From Nitrososphaerota archaeon (GTDB lineage: Archaea; Thermoproteota; EX4484-205; JAAOZP01): a DNA stretch of 23,411 bases. This document shows positions 1-7,075 of this stretch, piece by piece. Position 1 is the first letter of the stretch. Each line of letters opens with the position of its first letter. The notes beneath the pieces are model-generated. The model was given only the letters and a program-made list of their open reading frames with translations, was not told the origin of the DNA and did no database searches. Made by a program: the position numbers and the translations under genes. The stretch covers positions 1-23,411 of the forward strand of contig JAAOZP010000006.1 of the NCBI GenBank assembly GCA_011605725.1, given 5' to 3'.

Positions 1-3000
1 GTAGAATCTCAAAGGAGAATTGAAAGCGCTAAAGCTGGTTGGATGTCTTGGGGTTGCGCATATTGTAGAATCTCAAAGGAGAATTGAAAGTTGCCTCCCG
101 GCAGTCCTCCTCCTGGAATCTCCTCCTTAGTGTAGAATCTCAAAGGAGAATTGAAAGTAGGATACGTTAGCGGTGTTCACAACAGCTGTTTTGTTTTGTA
201 GAATCTCAAAGGAGAATTGAAAGAACGAGTTTTTGCCAGAACCCTCGGTCCAGTAGGCGATGTAGAATCTCAAAGGAGAATTGAAAGTAGCAATAAATCC
301 ATGCGTTCCAAGGGTTCTCCGACGGAGTAGAATCTCAAAGGAGAATTGAAAGGCTATTGGCTTGATACCGATGGCTCTACGATTTTCTGGCGTAGAATCT
401 CAAAGGAGAATTGAAAGTAGTGGTAGTCTGCATCCGATTCCCCCAGGTAGTAAAGAGGTAGAATCTCAAAGGAGAATTGAAAGAGTTTAACAAGCGTACC
501 TATGGTGTCGGATGGGGTCAGGTAGAATCTCAAAGGAGAATTGAAAGTTATATCTGTTAGCATGAGTATAACCATGAAACTTAAGTAGAATCTCAAAGGA
601 GAATTGAAAGTCATAAACGGCAACCCATGCATTCCAAGGGTTTTCAGGTAGAATCTCAAAGGAGAATTGAAAGACCAAGAATATCGGGAATAACCTTATG
701 ATTTTTTCCTTAAGTAGAATCTCAAAGGAGAATTGAAAGCTTGTGGCTTCCCCATGCGTCGCTTAACCTCTATGCGATGTAGAATCTCAAAGGAGAATTG
801 AAAGTGAGAAGCAACTGCCCTATGGCAAACGAATACCCTTCGTAGAATCTCAAAGGAGAATTGAAAGTCGTTTCCCCACTCTTTATCAGCTCGTCCAAAT
901 CGGCGTAGAATCTCAAAGGAGAATTGAAAGGAGAATAGAGTTCCTCCAGGTCACTTCCTTGTCGTTTCAAGTAGAATCTCAAAGGAGAATTGAAAGTTGA
1001 TAGATAGGGCGAGCAAGTTGATCAAGGAGCTTGCCGAGTAGAATCTCAAAGGAGAATTGAAAGTGAAGTCACGTTTACTCCTCCGGCAAACTGGGCTAAG
1101 ACGTAGAATCTCAAAGGAGAATTGAAAGCAGCCTCCTCCAGCAGCTCCTCCCACTCCCCTGGTTTCCTGTTGTAGAATCTCAAAGGAGAATTGAAAGCCT
1201 CCTGAATACTCTTTGAACAAGGGAGATGCCGGGCGTAGAATCTCAAAGGAGAATTGAAAGTAAAACCCTGGACGGAGGGTCGACAACCGCACCCGCGTAG
1301 AATCTCAAAGGAGAATTGAAAGACTCATTCAGGAGCTAAGACGCATTGGGACGAGTACTTCGGTAGAATCTCAAAGGAGAATTGAAAGAACGATTACAGG
1401 GGGAGCATCGTCGACCAGATCTCCGTAGAATCTCAAAGGAGAATTGAAAGCCTTCTCCCCGCCGACGCTGCACTTAATATCGCTCTGTTTCGTAGAATCT
1501 CAAAGGAGAATTGAAAGTTGAAACGGGGAGATTTCACGGAAAGGGGCTTAAAGGCTTAGTAGAATCTCAAAGGAGAATTGAAAGGTGTAATACCCTACGA
1601 CTCTAGCCACTCTTCACCACCGTAGAATCTCAAAGGAGAATTGAAAGTTCTTCTTTCTTTCCTCCTCAGCCTTTTTTCTTGCGTAGAATCTCAAAGGAGA
1701 ATTGAAAGCCGGCTTTTCTCCTTACGAATAATGTGGTTTCTTCCTCTGTAGAATCTCAAAGGAGAATTGAAAGCTTGTGGTCTCCCCCCGCTTGCTTGTC
1801 CGTCCTTGTCCCGTAGAATCTCAAAGGAGAATTGAAAGATATAGACGGCCAGCACTACTCCTAAAGCCCCCGCTCCAGTAGAATCTCAAAGGAGAATTGA
1901 AAGTTTTTGCTCTACTAACCTAAATGGAGGCTCAAAACTCGTGTAGAATCTCAAAGGAGAATTGAAAGAGAGCTTTATTTATTGACCACTCTATTTCTTC
2001 TTTTGGTTGTAGAATCTCAAAGGAGAATTGAAAGCCGTCATCGTGCCACCGGGGTTCTGGGCAACATAGGTGTTGTAGAATCTCAAAGGAGAATTGAAAG
2101 GCACAGACGAAGTCCCCCTCTGGGAATGGTTTCCCCATCTCTTTCCTCTGTAGAATCTCAAAGGAGAATTGAAAGTCGAATATCGACAGCCAGTTAATCG
2201 CTTGATACCGTCCAAGTAGAATCTCAAAGGAGAATTGAAAGATCCCAGAACCACGTTTTAATCAAGGATGCTTACGGTAGAATCTCAAAGGAGAATTGAA
2301 AGTCGTAGCCTACGAAGACCATTCCTCTCTGCCATGCTGTTATCGTAGAATCTCAAAGGAGAATTGAAAGATACTATAATCACTACCGTCCGGCAGTGTT
2401 ACCTTCACACGGGTAGAATCTCAAAGGAGAATTGAAAGGTAACAATATGGGAGTTAGAAATGCCGTGTAGCTTGCCCTGTAGAATCTCAAAGGAGAATTG
2501 AAAGTACATGCAGTGCCTGTTTTCATAGCCTTGCCAAGGCTTTCCAGTAGAATCTCAAAGGAGAATTGAAAGTCGATAATCTTGGAGACCTGCAGCCGGG
2601 TCATTTTCCTAAGTAGAATCTCAAAGGAGAATTGAAAGTACCAGTAGGGGCAGCAACTGCAGGTTGCCCCCTTCGGGTAGAATCTCAAAGGAGAATTGAA
2701 AGGTTTTTAAGTAAATCGTAGGCGGCAAATAGGCATTGGCTGGTAGTAGAATCTCAAAGGAGAATTGAAAGTGCTGCAGCCAAACCCTAGTCCAGAAGGA
2801 TTTAGCAGGTAGTAGAATCTCAAAGGAGAATTGAAAGTAGGTTATGATGATGTCTTCGGCTTCGTAGCTGAGGAGGAGCATGTAGAATCTCAAAGGAGAA
2901 TTGAAAGGCAGAGTTGAAAGATCCTTAAGAAAATCATTCCACCTGTGTAGAATCTCAAAGGAGAATTGAAAGTTATTCATGCTCCTCCTCAGCCTCCTCG

Positions 3001-3039
3001 AATTTGAAGCCGAGTAGAATCTCAAAGGAGAATTGAAAT
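1..3039 (+). CRISPR. CRISPR array: 47 copies of the 26-nt repeat GTAGAATCTCAAAGGAGAATTGAAAG with 46 spacers of about 35-49 nt; truncated at the window start, leader outside the window
   Basis: Repeats were counted at 1, 65, 132 ... 2947 and 3014. The last copy ends ATTGAAAT instead of ATTGAAAG. The + orientation is inferred from the canonical 3' ATTGAAAG handle and from degeneration at the right end. Confidence 0.99.
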
Positions 3040-3075
3040 AACGTATTTCGGGGAGAACCAGCTATTCCCGAGCTA

Positions 3076-3191
3076 GTTGAATCTCGTCAAAGAGATTAAA
3101 GGGTTATAGCAATAGTTGCTAAGGCTTTAAATAAGAATCTCGAAAAGGGAAATCATAAGTGGTTAATGATAACGATAAGAATCTCGCGCGC
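3076..3191 (+). repeat. Degenerate trailer repeats
   Basis: GTTGAATCTCGTCAAAGAGATTAAAG (3076-3101), TAAGAATCTCGAAAAGGGAAATCATAAG (about 3132-3159) and TAAGAATCTCGCGCGC (3176-3191) all keep the GAATCTC core, at decreasing spacing. Confidence 0.75.
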
Positions 3192-3192
3192 T

Positions 3193-3216
3193 TCTGAGGA
3201 TTAACTCAGATTTTTT
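3193..3216 (+). terminator. Putative array terminator (hairpin plus T6)
   Basis: TCTGAG-gattaa-CTCAGA is followed by TTTTTT, directly after the last degenerate repeat. Confidence 0.4.
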
Positions 3217-3255
3217 AATAGCTTTTTGACATCAAATTCTGTAAGCTCTATTACA

Positions 3256-4350
3256 TCATCTCCTAGGTTCCCAGCCCGCTCGTCGACAAGTATGCGATAA
3301 TCGAAATTCAAACCCTTCGAAGTCAACGCGCGCTAAGGCACGAAGTTTACTCCTCTTATCTTCTAATTCACGTCTCAGGGTAACTTCTAGTCCGATGAAC
3401 CTGTTTTCCTCTATCATTGCAAATACATCGCATTCACCTACTTTCTTGCCTTCGTCCGTAACTTCTAACTTCGGGATACTGGGTATTCCACTGTTCACCA
3501 TTTCCCTAAAGACTTCAAGCTCCAAAATCCCTCTTTCGCATAGCATTAACGACAACGCAGATTTAACGGTTTGAAAATCTGGCTCATCAGGCAATATTCG
3601 AGGTAAGATATAATTAAGCTGTTTGTATAAAGTCCTTCCCGCGTTTTTGAATTCATCTAACTGACACAGTTTATTTGTGAGCATTATGCATGCTCTCTTC
3701 TTGCTTTTTCTCCATTCGTCAGTAAAATTTACCAATATTCCATCTTCAAAAGTAAATCCATCAACTAACCTGAGTAACTTGATTAATTGGGATGAAATAT
3801 GCACGGGATCTTTAGTTCCAACTAGTTCGCAAAAGTAAGCTTGGACTCCAGTTTCTCCTATTTTCTCCTTATGCAACCTAACTGTTCCTTCACTAATTAA
3901 TTGCTCTAATTCTTTTCCGCAAGCATAAATTGATAGAAAACCTCTTTTTTCCTTTGAAAATTTTTGTAGCTCTTTATTTAAAGATTGGAAAAAGATTTGT
4001 AAAGATTTTACACGTTCATTACCGTAATCTCGCAGTTCATTAAGGTAGCATTTTTTATTTTTCTCAAGCATTTTATTAATACTTTTTAATACCCTATGTT
4101 CCCTTTTAATGCTATAAAATAATTTCTTATATTCTAAATTCACGAAAACTGAAAATAGATCATGTCCTAAAAATCGGGTTTCTGAACCGCTTTCGTCAAA
4201 TCTCTTTATCGATCTATCAAGTATGGAGAGTATTACTTCGAAAATTTTGGGGCGAATTTCTTCAAGAACCGCATCTTCGTCCATCCAACTAAATTTTTCT
4301 TCAAAATCTGTTTTGACTTCTTCTCTCTTCTCTTTATCCCAAAAATTCAA
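3256..4350 (-). CDS. Uncharacterised protein with a C-terminal PD-(D/E)xK-like nuclease domain; probably frameshifted near 3300-3333, with the natural stop at 3201
   Basis: 364-aa ORF with a TTG start, 42 nt after the last RAMP gene. Motif GILELEV...GECDVFAM...FIGLEVT. The +1 frame gives a natural-looking tail (LTSKGLNFDYRILVDE...KKLLKNLS*). Confidence 0.7.
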   Translation of the reverse strand: MNFWDKEKREEVKTDFEEKFSWMDEDAVLEEIRPKIFEVILSILDRSIKRFDESGSETRFLGHDLFSVFVNLEYKKLFYSIKREHRVLKSINKMLEKNKKCYLNELRDYGNERVKSLQIFFQSLNKELQKFSKEKRGFLSIYACGKELEQLISEGTVRLHKEKIGETGVQAYFCELVGTKDPVHISSQLIKLLRLVDGFTFEDGILVNFTDEWRKSKKRACIMLTNKLCQLDEFKNAGRTLYKQLNYILPRILPDEPDFQTVKSALSLMLCERGILELEVFREMVNSGIPSIPKLEVTDEGKKVGECDVFAMIEENRFIGLEVTLRRELEDKRSKLRALARVDFEGFEFRLSHTCRRAGWEPRR

Positions 4351-4392
4351 GAATAGTATGCTCGAATTCCTTTAACAGATATTGGTACCAGT

Positions 4393-5310
4393 CTATGGGC
4401 ATAGCCATTCCACGAACCTATCAAAGCTGACCCGTTCAGCTTTCCTCAGCGGATTTCCTATCCTGAACTCCACAGTTCTTCCATCACTTTCCGTATCCAA
4501 TATGTAAAACTCTCCACCAATAAGCTCCAAATGACCTAGGCCCGCGCTCTTTCTAGCACCGATTGAAACACCTAGTGTTTTGACAAGTTTAAGCGTTGAC
4601 GCAAAAAGCCTAGAATCCTCCTCGCCCCGTAGAAGGTTGTCCATGACCATTTTAAGCACGATGCGTCCCCTTGGCATGGCATTAATAAAGTATAGCAAGT
4701 TTTCCTTGACCTTCCCGCTTTTCCTATCTATCCCTATTCCAGGCCTTAGTGAAGGAGTTGCCATTATCAGCGAGTCGAAAAACCTAATCTTCCCAGCCAT
4801 TTTATTGCCGTAGAGTTTGCTTACGGGACAGTGTAACGCAAGGTACTCCTCTGCCATGGCTTCAAGCAATTCCTTCTCAGCACTTAAGCCTCTTTCCCTC
4901 ACCTCTTTTACCTCCTCTATGGCGTAGCCCAGTCCAACGAGGATTTCCTCCAGTTCTCTGGCTCCATGGGGTATATTCGATTCTCCTCCCTGAAGCGCCC
5001 TGACGAAGTTTTCTAAATATTTCCTGAATTTTTCCTCATTACTTCGATAACTAATTCCCATTTTCTCCGAGTAAAGCTCGACAGCCAATCCTGCGAGTCC
5101 TCCGAACTTGGCTTGTCTTGCTAGTTGCTCGCTCAGATTCCTAAACATGCCCTTCCATGTTGATGACGGTATTACTAACTCGCCTCCCGGAAGCCTGATG
5201 AGGTCCCTAACAACCTCATCTCCGCCGATTCCCACGTGTATTGGCGACTTAGCTTCGAACTCAACGATCCCGATGATTTTCATCTTTATCGGATTTAAAT
5301 GCAGAATCAT
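4393..5310 (-). CDS. Type III RAMP, Cas7 group (Csm3-like, with helical insertion)
   Basis: SPIHVGIG, VIPSSTWKGMFR, GIGIDRKSG and the G-rich loop IGARKSAGLG; ATGA overlap with the upstream gene. Confidence 0.9.
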   Translation of the reverse strand: MILHLNPIKMKIIGIVEFEAKSPIHVGIGGDEVVRDLIRLPGGELVIPSSTWKGMFRNLSEQLARQAKFGGLAGLAVELYSEKMGISYRSNEEKFRKYLENFVRALQGGESNIPHGARELEEILVGLGYAIEEVKEVRERGLSAEKELLEAMAEEYLALHCPVSKLYGNKMAGKIRFFDSLIMATPSLRPGIGIDRKSGKVKENLLYFINAMPRGRIVLKMVMDNLLRGEEDSRLFASTLKLVKTLGVSIGARKSAGLGHLELIGGEFYILDTESDGRTVEFRIGNPLRKAERVSFDRFVEWLCP

Positions 5311-6422
5311 TCTCCTCTACCTCCCATTGGATGTTCCCTGAGGGGGGTGAGCATGTTAACGCCAGTAACTGGTACTCCTCCCGCTACTTCCACAGTTCCT
5401 AAGAACTCGAGTGCACTAATGACTTTTGTTACTTCCCCTTCTCCCTCTACCTTTGCTACTAGAATCGAGCCATTATTGCCGCTTAAGCTGAAGATCGGCC
5501 TCTCCATGTTCCTCGCCATATCCCATCCGGAAATTAATTCCCTAGTCCTACCGTAAGCTGCCCCTATCCTTAATACTCCTTTAACACTCATGCCAATTCT
5601 CTTCGCAATTTTCTCAAGTTCTATAACATGTGGATAAGTATAATACTTCTCGCCATCTATTGAGATCATTTGGGAAATAGAATACAGTACAAGAGTAGCT
5701 TTATTTTCAATCGCATTTTTTACTGACTCAGCCTTTTCGTCGAGTGATATCTCTTTAAGCATTGTCAATTCAGCTCTACCAAATCCTCTGGAAACTCCTC
5801 TGCCAACTGCGAATTTCATACCTATTTCTAAGTTTACCTCATCAGGGACGCATAGCGTTGACCAGAATTCTTGACCTGACGAAATCGATTCGTATTCAAA
5901 CAGCATCCCTCTTTGATGGGAACCCTTACGTTTATTCATTCCAACGGATACCGTACGGTATGAACGCACCTTCACCTCTCTTAGGCGATTCTGGATAGGA
6001 ATAACCGGATCTGGATGAAGAGGGGAGATGGCCATATGCCCTTTAGAGCATAACACTTTATACTTCTGAGGATTGCGAGCAATAAAATCTTGTAGCACTT
6101 CATCCACATAGTTAATACGTTCCTTGCCCTCTGGAGCATCTTCATGGGGAATTTTACACTCGTATGCAAACGGGTGGCAGGGATATGCCCTTTTCTCATC
6201 GTCAATAGGATATGCTGGTGAAGCAATTATCCGGGGCTCTGTCGCCTCGCGTTTTAATAGCTCTTCATCCAATGCTCCTTTCCAATATAGGCTTGAGATC
6301 AATGCTCCTCTTAGCATTGAAGCAGGAATGTACTTAAGGGCAGAGAGAAATCCTTTTTCTGTTTTCTTAAACGTGATGTTTGCCGGCGATATGAGTTTGA
6401 AGTGTAATTCGTAAAACTTCAT
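5307..6422 (-). CDS. csx10: Type III-D Cas5-group RAMP (Csx10-like)
   Basis: YIPASMLRGAL, SPAYP, VGRGVSRGFG and C-terminal ISGWD...NGS motifs. Start placed at the ATGA overlap (6422), after the RBS GGAGGTGG. Confidence 0.8.
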   Translation of the reverse strand: MKFYELHFKLISPANITFKKTEKGFLSALKYIPASMLRGALISSLYWKGALDEELLKREATEPRIIASPAYPIDDEKRAYPCHPFAYECKIPHEDAPEGKERINYVDEVLQDFIARNPQKYKVLCSKGHMAISPLHPDPVIPIQNRLREVKVRSYRTVSVGMNKRKGSHQRGMLFEYESISSGQEFWSTLCVPDEVNLEIGMKFAVGRGVSRGFGRAELTMLKEISLDEKAESVKNAIENKATLVLYSISQMISIDGEKYYTYPHVIELEKIAKRIGMSVKGVLRIGAAYGRTRELISGWDMARNMERPIFSLSGNNGSILVAKVEGEGEVTKVISALEFLGTVEVAGGVPVTGVNMLTPLREHPMGGRGE

Positions 6423-7075
6423 TCCCATAACCACCTCCTCAAATCTTCCAAAAGAACTAACCAATCCCTCTCAAGCTTCTCTCTAAGAGGAGCCTCGTCT
6501 TCTATCATTAAGTCTATGATTGAAGCTCTGCCAAAACGTCCTATTCTCAGCTCTGCTAAGCCGAGAAGCAATAGGCCCAATAGCCTCGGATTTTCTTCTC
6601 GCACGCTTATATTGCCACTAAAGACGCTCCCGGGCGGCACATACTCGAGTGTGAATAAAGCTCCTTCTGCAGCCTTCATCGATTGGTCATCTATACGAAC
6701 TCTCGTCATCTCAAACATTTGCATGTGGTTAACAGGTTCGAAGTCTGAGACTAGAAGCTTGCTCGGCACGCTCCCCTTGGGATATCCGAATAGCTCGCAG
6801 ACGTCACAAACTCCTCCTGAGGAATGTGCTCTCTCAATCCCTTCCGGGCTGATTTCTCCACAGCTCTTGAAGCCATAGGGGGTTGCAATCCTGCTTGTTG
6901 CAGACCTTAGGCTTCCCTTAAAGCTTGATCCAGGAATGTATATTTCATAGGAATATTCCCTCCCTTTCTTCCTCAATACACGTGTAAATGGAATATCACA
7001 ACCAGCTGCACTCGGGTGGCTCCATCCCACACACATTAAACCAATCGTCTTTATCTTGACGGAGAAAGTTATCAT
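6419..7075 (-). CDS. Type III RAMP, Cas7/Csm3-like
   Basis: YIPGSSFKGSLRS, the Zn motif CDVCELFG and TRVRID. Start moved to 7075 (ATGA overlap with the cas10 stop, RBS GGAGGTGGAG). Confidence 0.9.
   Translation of the reverse strand: MITFSVKIKTIGLMCVGWSHPSAAGCDIPFTRVLRKKGREYSYEIYIPGSSFKGSLRSATSRIATPYGFKSCGEISPEGIERAHSSGGVCDVCELFGYPKGSVPSKLLVSDFEPVNHMQMFEMTRVRIDDQSMKAAEGALFTLEYVPPGSVFSGNISVREENPRLLGLLLLGLAELRIGRFGRASIIDLMIEDEAPLREKLERDWLVLLEDLRRWLWE

Noticed and set aside
359-2210. GCTTGATACCG shared by spacers 6 and 34; CTTGTGG start shared by spacers 12 and 28
   Set aside because: The matches are short and the flanks are unrelated.
354-3025. ORFs inside the array (FQFSFEIL / FNSPLRFY repeats)
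   Set aside because: They are translation artefacts of the CRISPR repeat.
3040-3076. 23S rRNA gene call
   Set aside because: The similarity is limited to one spacer length between repeats, so it is reported as a spacer.
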